Part shown: piece after piece, positions 9,446-18,725 of the stretch
Layout of the letters: every line of letters starts with the position of its first letter
Position numbering within the stretch: position 1 is the stretch's first letter
Virus record (IMG/VR): IMGVR_UViG_3300045988_067909
Source of the DNA: a virus
Length of the DNA: 64,000 bases
Strand: one strand, 5' to 3'
Position numbers and translations under genes: made by a program
Notes under the pieces: generated by a model
What the model was told of the DNA's origin: nothing
What the model saw: the letters and a program-made list of their open reading frames with translations, nothing else
Database searches by the model: none

Positions 9446-11797
9446 TTGGCACAAGAAATTAAAGTAAATACGCTAGATAAATTTAGAGAAGACCTGAAGC
9501 TATATGCTATTTATATAGCCAAGCACAGGTCTGTACCTGATTTTCGGGATGGTCTTAAAGATGTACAACGTAAGATTCTATATTCGATGTATGCAGACTT
9601 TCCACAAAATACAAATAGAACTTTTAAATCTGCAGGTATCGTTGGTGAGGTAATGAAATCTTATCATCCACACGGCGATAGTGCAATTTATCAATCTATT
9701 AAACCAATGGTTAACTGGTTCGAATGTAATGTACCGTTAATCAGAAAACAAGGTAACTTTGGTAACTTCCAAGGTGATGGTCCAGCTGCTGCTCGTTATA
9801 CAGAAGTAGCATTAGCTGACTTTGCTAAAGAAGCTTTACTAGATGAATTAGATGGTGTAAATGGTTCTCCAAACATCGTTGACTGGAGTCCGACATTTGA
9901 TAATAGTAAAGTAGAACCTGACTTCTTACCTGCAAAGATTCCATTATTATTAATCAATGGTATCTTTGGTATTGCTGTAGGGTTTAGACCAGAAGTTCCA
10001 CCACATAACTTAGGTGAGGTTATTGATGCAACTATTAAGTTATTAGACAACCCTAATGCTCACGTTGTATTGATTCCTGATCATAATATGCCATGTGATA
10101 TTATCGAAACAGATTTCAAGAAGATTAGTAATAATGGTTTTGGTTCTTATCGTGTACGTGGTCATATTGATATTGGTACTTATGATAAGAAACCTGCATT
10201 ATTCATTCATAGTGTACCTAACTCAGTATACTTAGGTACTATTACTGATAATATCGATACATTAGTATCTGAGGGTAAGCTACCACAAATTATCAATAGT
10301 TTTGAAAACCATACACCAACTAAACTAGAGCATATCTTGGTATTGAAACCAGGGTCTGATCCTAACTTTGTTAGAGATACATTGTTTGCTAATACTAGTT
10401 TAGAATGCTCTTATAGGGTAAACTTACAAGTACAGTTTAATGGTAATATCCATAAGCTTACTTATAAGCAATACTTACTAGAGTTCTTACAATTTAGAAA
10501 GATTACTAAGCTACGTTTGTACTATAATCTTCTTCAAAGAGCTAAGACTAAGTTCCATGAACGTGAAGCATACATTACTCTATTGAAATCTGGTGAGATT
10601 GACAAGATTATCAATATGATCAAGAAACGTAAAGACCGTGAAGATCAACCTATTATTGATTATCTTGTAACTAAGTTTAAGATTACTCCATTACAAGCTA
10701 AGACAATCATCAATACTCAAATCAAGAACCTATCTATGGGTAACTTGAATAGATATATTGAAGAGGCTAAAGAGCTTAAAGCTAAGATGGAAGAATGCTT
10801 AGTTAGGATTCATAGTGAAGAAGCTCTCAACGAAGAGATTCGTAATGAATTATTATATTTCAAGAAGAAGTATGGTGTTCCTAGACGTTGTAGAGTAATC
10901 TCTAAAGACGATATTAATAATATCCCTGAGGGCAAATTTAATATCGTAGTTACTGAATCCAATAAGATTAAGAAGTATGGTGTAAATGAACCATTGAATC
11001 TTAACCGTGGTGAACCATGCTCAGCATTTATCTTGAATGCAGACAATAGAGACAATCTATTGATGTTTGATGGGTTCGGTAGAGTATTCAGTATGCCTGT
11101 ACATAAGATTCCACTAACTGGTAAAGGACAAAATGGTACAGATGCGTTATCTTTGAATAAGAAGATGACATCTATCGTTACTAATATCATTAGTGAATCT
11201 AAGGTAAAAGAATTAGCTAAGTCTAAAGCTTATACTATGGTAGTATTGACACAAGCTGGTTATATTAAACGTCTAGAATTGGATGACTTCTGTTCAGTAG
11301 CATCTGGTGGTCTTATCTATAGTAAGTTAGAGAATGGTGACAAAGTACAATCTATTGTCATTACTCAAAATGGTGATAACCAAATCATTACTTACTCTCA
11401 TAAGAAAGCATTACGATTCAAATCTGATGATATTCCAGTATTGAAACGTGCTACTCGAGGCGTTAAGGCTATGAATACTACTGATAATGTCGATGGTATG
11501 TCAGTAGTCTTTGGTGGTTGTACTAATGCTATTGTAGTAACTCATAATGGTTACATCAATAAGATTGATATTAGTGCATTGCCTATGTCTTCTAGAGCAA
11601 GAGCTGGTAATAATGTAATCAAACTAGGTCGTGGTGATGCAATCAGAGATATCTTAATCGTAAGAGATACAGATGTAGTTATGATTGAATCGGCTACAGG
11701 TAAAGAAGATGTAGCAGTACGTGATATTCCATTAGGCTCTTCTATCTCCAAAGGAAATAGAGTTCCTAATCTTATCCGTGTAGTAAAAAGAATCTAA
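9446..11797 (+). CDS. type II DNA topoisomerase, DNA breakage-reunion subunit (GyrA/ParC-like)
   Basis: RBS ggagggatatactTGGCA (start within 9446-9449). N-terminal block PDFRDGLKDVQRKILYSM matches the GyrA/ParC DGLKPVHRR motif. Catalytic-Tyr context AARYTEV matches GyrA RYTE. Confidence 0.85.
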   Translation: MAQEIKVNTLDKFREDLKLYAIYIAKHRSVPDFRDGLKDVQRKILYSMYADFPQNTNRTFKSAGIVGEVMKSYHPHGDSAIYQSIKPMVNWFECNVPLIRKQGNFGNFQGDGPAAARYTEVALADFAKEALLDELDGVNGSPNIVDWSPTFDNSKVEPDFLPAKIPLLLINGIFGIAVGFRPEVPPHNLGEVIDATIKLLDNPNAHVVLIPDHNMPCDIIETDFKKISNNGFGSYRVRGHIDIGTYDKKPALFIHSVPNSVYLGTITDNIDTLVSEGKLPQIINSFENHTPTKLEHILVLKPGSDPNFVRDTLFANTSLECSYRVNLQVQFNGNIHKLTYKQYLLEFLQFRKITKLRLYYNLLQRAKTKFHEREAYITLLKSGEIDKIINMIKKRKDREDQPIIDYLVTKFKITPLQAKTIINTQIKNLSMGNLNRYIEEAKELKAKMEECLVRIHSEEALNEEIRNELLYFKKKYGVPRRCRVISKDDINNIPEGKFNIVVTESNKIKKYGVNEPLNLNRGEPCSAFILNADNRDNLLMFDGFGRVFSMPVHKIPLTGKGQNGTDALSLNKKMTSIVTNIISESKVKELAKSKAYTMVVLTQAGYIKRLELDDFCSVASGGLIYSKLENGDKVQSIVITQNGDNQIITYSHKKALRFKSDDIPVLKRATRGVKAMNTTDNVDGMSVVFGGCTNAIVVTHNGYINKIDISALPMSSRARAGNNVIKLGRGDAIRDILIVRDTDVVMIESATGKEDVAVRDIPLGSSISKGNRVPNLIRVVKRI

Positions 11798-11805
11798 TTG
11801 TTTTA

Positions 11806-11840
11806 TAGGATGGGAGTGATATCCCATCCTATAATTTTAT
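11806..11840 (+). terminator. rho-independent terminator
   Basis: Hairpin ataggatgggagtgatatcccatcctat followed by aatttta. Confidence 0.45.
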
Positions 11841-11852
11841 CGAGGTGATAAA

Positions 11853-12455
11853 ATGAAACAGCAGAAAGTCATCAAAATATTAGATGATCTTGGTATCATT
11901 ACAGTTACTGAAGATAGTACATATAACGATAAACGTGAATGTGTATATGCTGATATCGATATAATAAATATAAAGTATCTTCTAAGCTTAGAGTTTGATG
12001 ATCTAACTAATCTAACTAGTGTAAAATTAGCACCTAAAGCTAATGATCTAGTAGCACCAGCATTTATAGCTTCTACAGCCAATTCTACTAGAGTTATAAG
12101 TACTAAGGTATTTAAAATCTTTCTATCTAAAGTTTACAGTATTCTTATAAAGCATAAGATTAAGTTGCTTAGAAATAAAGAAAATAGGTTCTATAAACTA
12201 TTCAACAGAAGAACTTATACTTTACATATTGATGATGGCACTGAACTAAACTGGGAAGCCAGATCTAAGGATGGTTGTTATATTATATATGCTAACCAAG
12301 CTGGTTATGGTCAGTATTTATATAATCTATATGAAATACCAAAACCTAATTCTGGTGATTGTTTTGGTCAATCATTAGGAACTTATGTACATTTAGATAG
12401 TCTTCTAGACGTTATAGTGGATGGTGATAAAAATGAAACAGCAGAATGTGATTGA
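11853..12455 (+). CDS. hypothetical protein, member A of a tandem paralogue pair
   Basis: RBS cgaggtgataaaATG. Begins MKQQKVIKILDD. Shares N-terminus and the block YTLHIDDGTELNWEARSKDGCYIIYANQAGYGQYLYNLY with the next gene. Confidence 0.5.
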   Translation: MKQQKVIKILDDLGIITVTEDSTYNDKRECVYADIDIINIKYLLSLEFDDLTNLTSVKLAPKANDLVAPAFIASTANSTRVISTKVFKIFLSKVYSILIKHKIKLLRNKENRFYKLFNRRTYTLHIDDGTELNWEARSKDGCYIIYANQAGYGQYLYNLYEIPKPNSGDCFGQSLGTYVHLDSLLDVIVDGDKNETAECD

Positions 12456-13365
12456 AAAACTCACTCGTTATGGTTTATTACACCCAGATGATAGAAATAA
12501 ACTCATGAATAATGTAAAAAGAGAAATCGGTATAGGTGTCTACATTAGTGGTGTAGAATACGCTCTTATATTAAACTTTGATAGTGAGAAAAACCTAACA
12601 AAAGTAAAACTAACACCTGAGTTAGATAGAGATGATCCATCGTTTGCTATTAATGCTCATATTATGAATGGGGACTCTATAAGAACTGAAGCATTCAGCT
12701 ATCTTATAACAGCAGCTCATGACATAGTATTGAAACATAAGCTATCTATAAGTAGTGATGAGAATAGACTATATAAGTATTACTTCAAGAATAAGGAATA
12801 TACACTATACCTAGATGGTAGTGTTGGTTATGAATTTGGGTGGGAAGCTACAAGTAGAGATGGTAAGTATTATGTATCTGCAAAACAAGCAGGACATGGT
12901 GAATATACATACCAGTTATACCTGAACAAAGGATTAGTGCCTAGTCCTGATACTAGAGTCTATGAAGCAACTTTTATTGAATTAATTAATGTATTAACTC
13001 ATGTACGTTATCTATATGAAGAAGCTAAAACTGACGTTAATAATGGTGATACTAATTTCTTAGAAGAGACTTTAGACTGTTTAAGCCGTCTCAAGATATC
13101 TACTAAAGATGTGATATGTATTGCATATGGTGATGTATATATGTCTTGGGAAACATTTGTTAAGAATGCAGACTTTAGATATGATAGTGGTTTAGGTAAT
13201 ATGGAAATATCAGATAATATTCGTATATACACTAGAGACTATATCATATATAGACACGAATATGATGGTGCAGAAGAATGGAGAGCTATAAGCACTCTAG
13301 AATCTGTAATCTCTAAGAAAACACAAATATCAAACGATACAGAAGTTGACTTTAGAGCTGAGTAA
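12433..13365 (+). CDS. hypothetical protein, member B of a tandem paralogue pair
   Basis: RBS ggtgataaaaATG at 12433 (identical context to 11853). MKQQNVIEKL... block YTLYLDGSVGYEFGWEATSRDGKYYVSAKQAGHGEYTYQLY parallels member A. Confidence 0.5.
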   Translation: MKQQNVIEKLTRYGLLHPDDRNKLMNNVKREIGIGVYISGVEYALILNFDSEKNLTKVKLTPELDRDDPSFAINAHIMNGDSIRTEAFSYLITAAHDIVLKHKLSISSDENRLYKYYFKNKEYTLYLDGSVGYEFGWEATSRDGKYYVSAKQAGHGEYTYQLYLNKGLVPSPDTRVYEATFIELINVLTHVRYLYEEAKTDVNNGDTNFLEETLDCLSRLKISTKDVICIAYGDVYMSWETFVKNADFRYDSGLGNMEISDNIRIYTRDYIIYRHEYDGAEEWRAISTLESVISKKTQISNDTEVDFRAE

Positions 13366-13374
13366 GATTCAAAT

Positions 13375-13410
13375 ACAGGTACTGGAAGTTCCAGTACCTG
13401 TTTATTTTTT
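13375..13410 (+). terminator. rho-independent terminator, family ACAGGTACTGGAAnTTCCAGTACCTGT
   Basis: Perfect hairpin followed by tttatttttt. A near-identical copy sits at 38533-38569. Confidence 0.55.
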
Positions 13411-13774
13411 CTCATCATACTCTCATTTAACCTAACACTACTGTAATAGCAGTGACAGCTGTCTATTACACCCTTATCTGGATTTAACGGTAGCCAGATT
13501 TGGTTGTTACTTCTTATATACCGTATATTATACAGGTGCCAGTATCTTAACAAACGGCCATGTTAGATACTCGTTGCAGTGTTTGCAGGTTTATTATTGT
13601 TTTCCTTGTTGCAATAATAGACAAAGTTTCCTCTTAATGGATTAGGGTAGTCCATAACCTACCCTAATACCATTACTCCTATTTACGTGATACCGTGCGG
13701 TATAATAAACTCCTTACTTAAACTAAAATAGCTTACCCAGTATAGACAGTGTCTATACTGGGTATTTGCCGTTT

Positions 13775-13846
13775 CGTAAAACTTAGTTTTTTCAGTTATA
13801 TACTATAATGGTAATATCATGGTTATATTATTTAGTTTACATATAG
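13775..13846 (+). promoter_or_regulatory. copy of conserved promoter-like repeat (CGTAAAAC...TTCAGTTATATACTATAATGGTAATATCATGGTTATAT)
   Basis: Member of a repeat family of at least 8 copies containing TATAAT. Positioned 15-25 nt upstream of a strong RBS and ATG. Confidence 0.45.
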
Positions 13847-13858
13847 GAGGAATATATC

Positions 13859-14242
13859 ATGAGCATTTCTGTAGGTATCAAACGTGTTGGTGTAGATCAT
13901 AACCACAATCAATATAAATATACAGTTTTGAGCATTGATGAAATCAAAGCTCAAACTGATAGCTTGATTGATTTATTAGATAGATGCAAACCTATCTTGA
14001 CAACACAAAAAGTTCTTACTGCATTAAGAAGTGATAAAGTGGTAAATTATCCACTAGGTCACGAATATGCTATTCTTGAAATGAAGAAGCAAGTAAGCGC
14101 TATCTTCGCAAATATCAGAGCAAAATATGCTCACAACGGTCTTGGCTTCAAGATCGAAACCATTAACAAAATTGAATCTTCTGTAAAATACAGAATTATG
14201 TGCATTATGAAAGATGCATATAAGATTCAAAATCAAAAATAA
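13859..14242 (+). CDS. hypothetical protein (promoter-cassette gene)
   Basis: 127-aa ORF with RBS ataggaggaatatatcATG, directly behind the promoter repeat and followed by a terminator. Confidence 0.5.
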   Translation: MSISVGIKRVGVDHNHNQYKYTVLSIDEIKAQTDSLIDLLDRCKPILTTQKVLTALRSDKVVNYPLGHEYAILEMKKQVSAIFANIRAKYAHNGLGFKIETINKIESSVKYRIMCIMKDAYKIQNQK

Positions 14243-14248
14243 GATAAT

Positions 14249-14300
14249 AAGGCTAGAGGAATTTCCTCTAGCCTTAATCTATTTTATTTTTTTTTATTCA
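14249..14300. terminator. bidirectional terminator between convergent genes
   Basis: Hairpin aaggctagaggaatttcctctagcctt flanked by an A-run on one side and a T-run on the other. Convergent CDS ends at 14242 and 14294. Confidence 0.5.
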
Positions 14301-15013
14301 CGACGGGATATCTTCTTACCACTTAAAGTCAATGGTGTTACATTGCCAATATTGATTAAGTTAGTAGATAGATGTGCACCTAGCATATATACGTTAAGTA
14401 AGTTCTTACTCATAGGATCACTAGGGTCATCAGGGATATCATCTTGAGAGATATAACCCATAGTAGAGATAGTATTATACATAGCTTGTTTAGCTTCCAT
14501 GGAATCTGCACGTGCTCTGGATAACTCTTTAATAGTTGCATCCATGCCACTAACTACAAGAGATTCCATTTCTCTATCAGATGTAATACCATTCTTATCA
14601 TGAGAGATAAGCATACCTGTCTTATTATCACGCATAGCTATATTAGTAGAGATAGCGTTCTTTTTTGTCAAGAATTGTTTCATACGTTTTAGATGTAAGT
14701 ACCCAACTAATGCTTCATGAGATGTAGCACCATGACCATTCTCATCTGTATAGATATATGGCATTTCGACTTTCTCTAAGATAGGTACACCCATTACATC
14801 AGCAGCTTTCTCTACTTGGTCCATAGTTGGTTCAATCTCGAATACACGAGTGATAAATCTAAATGGATATTTACCAGATACAAACTTAGTAAACTCTTTA
14901 TCACTCATATCAGAGAATATCTTTTTATAATAGTCAGTAACTTTACCAGATGGATCCATAGCTAGCATTACATCAAATACTAGCTTTTCGGCTTTCTTTC
15001 TTTGTGGTGTCAT
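14294..15013 (-). CDS. hypothetical protein
   Basis: 239-aa ORF. RBS aggagg in ctaatctataggaggaactaaATG (reverse strand). Confidence 0.5.
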   Translation of the reverse strand: MTPQRKKAEKLVFDVMLAMDPSGKVTDYYKKIFSDMSDKEFTKFVSGKYPFRFITRVFEIEPTMDQVEKAADVMGVPILEKVEMPYIYTDENGHGATSHEALVGYLHLKRMKQFLTKKNAISTNIAMRDNKTGMLISHDKNGITSDREMESLVVSGMDATIKELSRARADSMEAKQAMYNTISTMGYISQDDIPDDPSDPMSKNLLNVYMLGAHLSTNLINIGNVTPLTLSGKKISRRE

Positions 15014-15023
15014 TTAGTTCCTC

Positions 15024-16214
15024 CTATAGATTAGAGAAGTGAATCATTAAAGCGAAATACATTAGAACGGAACGTTGGTAACTGGCTTTTGTAGCAGCAC
15101 GGTTCTTACGTACATGATAACGTCTAGAGCCATTCATTAACCATCGTTCTAAGATTTCCTTAGATCTGATTACTTCTTTGACTTTACTATTAGGTCTAGG
15201 TGCTGTAGTAAATCTTACAAACTCAACACGTTTAACGTCTTTCTTATCTGTGCTTTGGAAGAATAGATATACTAGAAGACTAATGAACTCTTTAACTTCA
15301 GTAAGAGACTTAGTATCATTCTTTAACACCCATTCTATGATAGCTTTGATTTCATCAGTAGATACATTAACGTCAGCTGCCATCTTACAGTAAGAATAGT
15401 TTACACCCATAGTACTAATAGCTTGAACTGTCTTATCAATTACACGTTCAGCCATAAGACTATCAGTATCAGCCAATCTATAGTTATCTTCACTATAGTC
15501 ATCACTAGCATAGTTAAGATATTCATTACGATTTTCAAATGCTTCATAATACAACGTAGCGATATTCTTCATGAATGATTTGATACGTGTATGCAATTGC
15601 TGTACGATATCTTTGATATCTTCATCATCAAAGTCTTCAAACTTATCTTGATATGTCTCAGCCCATGTTGTAGCAATAGAACGTATTGCACCAAATACAT
15701 TACCTTTGACTTTAAGATCGTATTTAGCAGACATCTTATTATTGACTACATAATCCATTACGTGTTTATACTCAATAGGCTGTACAACTTGGAATGAGCC
15801 ATAATGAATAGATGGATAGAAAGACCCAGAGAATGCTATATTAACTAATGATAGGTCTAATTCTTTATAGTATTTCTTTCTATTCATTAAGAAGTATCTA
15901 ACTATACATAGCATAGCTATAGTAGTCTCATCTTTAGCAGCAGCCGGGTTAAAAGACGGAATACTAAAATAGAAAGTATTCCGTAATTCTCTTTGGATGA
16001 CAGAACGTTGAATGCCTAGCATTCTGAAGAATTCATCTCTATCGTTATCAGTAAAGTAAATACGTCTATATGGTGCAATAGCATATAAGTCTTCAGCTCT
16101 AGCTGCAATGAATTTACTGATATATTGTTTATATTGGGAAACCCTTCTAGAGATAGCTTGCTCTATTAGAGGGTATATCTTCTTAAGTATAACTTCGTTA
16201 TCTTGCTTCATCAT
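15024..16214 (-). CDS. hypothetical protein
   Basis: Start taken at MMKQDNEV (16214), which has an aggagg RBS 5 nt upstream on the minus strand. The ORF track extends to 16280 without an RBS. Confidence 0.5.
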   Translation of the reverse strand: MMKQDNEVILKKIYPLIEQAISRRVSQYKQYISKFIAARAEDLYAIAPYRRIYFTDNDRDEFFRMLGIQRSVIQRELRNTFYFSIPSFNPAAAKDETTIAMLCIVRYFLMNRKKYYKELDLSLVNIAFSGSFYPSIHYGSFQVVQPIEYKHVMDYVVNNKMSAKYDLKVKGNVFGAIRSIATTWAETYQDKFEDFDDEDIKDIVQQLHTRIKSFMKNIATLYYEAFENRNEYLNYASDDYSEDNYRLADTDSLMAERVIDKTVQAISTMGVNYSYCKMAADVNVSTDEIKAIIEWVLKNDTKSLTEVKEFISLLVYLFFQSTDKKDVKRVEFVRFTTAPRPNSKVKEVIRSKEILERWLMNGSRRYHVRKNRAATKASYQRSVLMYFALMIHFSNL

Positions 16215-16279
16215 TATCCTCCTTGATTTTATTAAGATGTTTCCGTGAAACACTTTAATAAGCCAAGGAGGAATAAGCA

Positions 16280-17521
16280 ATGTTTATTTATAACGAACAG
16301 TATTTTGGTAAGACACCAAGTCTTATCAAACTAGAATCTATTATCGGAGATATCCGTAAACAAAAGTACAAGAATGATACAGTAGTCGAATCTAAAGAAC
16401 TAGCTAAAGTCATGAAGAATCAATTTGGTTTTGCTAATACTAATTTCTTAGTAGACTTCACTACAGCGAAGAATGCTTATACATTAGTATTCAGAGATAA
16501 ACTAAATGGTATGGGTAAACCTATCTTTAAGAATGGTACATACCAATTTAACCCAAAAGACGGTTATGATCTAAATGTATATTTCTCTTATGGTTTATTA
16601 TGTGATACTAGCTTTACTAATGAAGAGCTAGTAGCCATCTTATTGCATGAGATTGGTCATCATTTCAGTGCTAAAGCTGCTATGTATGAATACAATCTCC
16701 CTAGTATCAAGAACCTAGTTCGTGGTATGACTGATATGAATAAAGCTATCTATAATTTAACTAATGGTGCTAAAGAAGATATCCGTAATATTAGTGATGC
16801 TAATATAATGGCTGGTATCCAGCAAGCATTTAATGGTTTAGATTGTAGATCCGCTTTGGCTTATATTAATAACGGTGTAGTCTTAGTTAAAGATGCTATC
16901 TTAAATGGTAATATCTCAGATGCATTCAAATTCCTAACTGGTGATAAAACTGTAGTCAATAAAGTAATGAATACTAAGTTTGACCAATCAGTAAAGAATC
17001 TTGTTTCTGAATATGATTCCGAAGAAGAGAAGTCTGATGCATTTGCCACTATCTATGGTTATGGTCCTGCATTGACTACAGCATTGACTAAGTTAGAGTC
17101 TAATAAATTAGATACTAGACAAAGCACTACAGAATCTAATGTATTAGAATGGATTCTTAAGTTCTACGTTACATTTGGTATTATAGGTGTATTTGAATTC
17201 TTTATTGATTCAATGGCACATATTGATTCAAGTAAACGTACATTAGCAGCATTAGCTGTATTAAACCAAGAACTTAAGACAGCTAATCTTACACCTAAAC
17301 AACGTAAACGTATCCAGCAAGATATCATTGATATTACTAAAGATTATGAATCATATCTTGAAGCAAAACAGGCTTTATTTAAAAAGACTGGTTACGTTAA
17401 ACTAGCGTTCGTATATAATAAGATCTTATTCTTATACCATACTAAGTTTAATAGTGATAGAAACTTAGAATCCTATCAGCAACTATTGAACTTGTATAGA
17501 ATGGCTTCATCTAGATCCTAA
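16280..17521 (+). CDS. putative zinc metallopeptidase (HExxH motif)
   Basis: RBS aaggaggaataagcaATG. Motif AILLHEIGHHFSAKAAM contains HEIGH. Family not determined. Confidence 0.4.
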   Translation: MFIYNEQYFGKTPSLIKLESIIGDIRKQKYKNDTVVESKELAKVMKNQFGFANTNFLVDFTTAKNAYTLVFRDKLNGMGKPIFKNGTYQFNPKDGYDLNVYFSYGLLCDTSFTNEELVAILLHEIGHHFSAKAAMYEYNLPSIKNLVRGMTDMNKAIYNLTNGAKEDIRNISDANIMAGIQQAFNGLDCRSALAYINNGVVLVKDAILNGNISDAFKFLTGDKTVVNKVMNTKFDQSVKNLVSEYDSEEEKSDAFATIYGYGPALTTALTKLESNKLDTRQSTTESNVLEWILKFYVTFGIIGVFEFFIDSMAHIDSSKRTLAALAVLNQELKTANLTPKQRKRIQQDIIDITKDYESYLEAKQALFKKTGYVKLAFVYNKILFLYHTKFNSDRNLESYQQLLNLYRMASSRS

Positions 17522-17929
17522 CATATAAGTAGCTAAGATTTTTTCATTTGACTCCTAAATAACTAAATGTACTTACCTAGTAGAGCCCTAGTACGGATAT
17601 AATTTGTACTAGGGTTTTATTTGCCTTTTGTAAAAAATAAAATCATATAAACAATATAGTGATAGGTAGCACCTCGTATAATCTATAACTTATAAATCTA
17701 CCTATCAAGAGGCTTATATAGTTGATACTTTCAGTATAGTAGGCTATCTCATAACCATTCAATCCCTACTATACTTCCCTTCTAATCAACTATAAGGGTC
17801 AAGCGCTTCTTCAAGAGTTATCGAATTAACTCACTTTAAACACAACAAGAATACTCCATATAGGCATTGCCTGTATGGGGTTTTCTTGTGTTACCTATAC
17901 CACACTTATATAAAAAAGGAGGATAATTT

Positions 17930-18439
17930 ATGGAAATTGATGGAATGCCAGAAATTAAATTGAGCAGTGTGTCTGCTAAAAAAGCTGTATCTCCATTACG
18001 TGAAGAACAAGAACCACAGTTAACTGTATTCTTAGGTGGTACCTGTAATGGCTCTGTATGGAGAAATGATTTACTTAGAATGCTAACTGACAAGGTAAAA
18101 GCATTTAACCCTGTAGTGTCAGTATGGGATGAACGTGCTAAGTTCGAAGAGAAGTATCATCGTGACCATGATGATGTAAGACTATATTGTATTACACCAG
18201 CCATGTCAGGAGTATACTCTATTGCTGAAGTAGTAGATGATAGTAATAAGAGACCTGAAAATACCATACTATGCGTATTGTATAGTGACTTTGGTGGTGA
18301 TTTTACTTATACTAATCATCAATTAGCTTCTATGAAAGCCTTAATGGATTTAGTAGAGTCTAATGGTGTAAAAGTATTCGATAGCCTATATGATGTAGCA
18401 GTCTACTTAAATAACAGAGCTGAACATATAGCTAAATAA
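17930..18439 (+). CDS. hypothetical protein, possibly nucleoside 2-deoxyribosyltransferase-like fold
   Basis: RBS aaaggaggataatttATG. N-terminal VFLGGTCNGSVWRNDLL resembles the glycine-rich N-terminal motif of Rossmann-like deoxyribosyltransferase/DUF proteins. Weak evidence. Confidence 0.3.
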   Translation: MEIDGMPEIKLSSVSAKKAVSPLREEQEPQLTVFLGGTCNGSVWRNDLLRMLTDKVKAFNPVVSVWDERAKFEEKYHRDHDDVRLYCITPAMSGVYSIAEVVDDSNKRPENTILCVLYSDFGGDFTYTNHQLASMKALMDLVESNGVKVFDSLYDVAVYLNNRAEHIAK

Positions 18440-18461
18440 TTCATTTATGGAGGAAAAAATT

Positions 18462-18593
18462 ATGGCAGATAATAAATATGGCGTAATCAATGAAGTTGGT
18501 GACTTAGGATTAGGTTTCCAAGAGCTTAATGATAATGATCAAAAAGTGCTTCAAGAACAATTGAAGCAAGAACAAGACAAAGATAAAAAATAG
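18462..18593 (+). CDS. small acidic ORF (43 aa) missed by the >=60 aa ORF track
   Basis: Strong RBS tggaggaaaaaattATG. Translation: MADNKYGVINEVGDLGLGFQELNDNDQKVLQEQLKQEQDKDKK. Terminator immediately downstream. Confidence 0.3.
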   Translation: MADNKYGVINEVGDLGLGFQELNDNDQKVLQEQLKQEQDKDKK

Positions 18594-18602
18594 TTGTCTA
18601 AG

Positions 18603-18647
18603 ATATGTAGTAGAGCCTCTTATCGGTTCTACTACATATTTATTTTT
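18603..18647 (+). terminator. rho-independent terminator
   Basis: Hairpin atatgtagtagagcctcttatcggttctactacatat followed by ttattttttt. Confidence 0.5.
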
Positions 18648-18725
18648 TACACTCACTGTAACTGTATATTAATCAGACCCAATTGGGTTAATATAGGTTA
18701 CTTATTTTAATACGAGGTAATTATT

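Noticed and set aside
13403-13858. tRNA genes in the long intergenic regions (13403-13858, 17522-17929, 60030-60268)
   Set aside because: No convincing cloverleaf was seen on inspection. There is no GTTC-R-A T-loop with a matching acceptor stem. tRNAscan-SE should be run, but none is reported.
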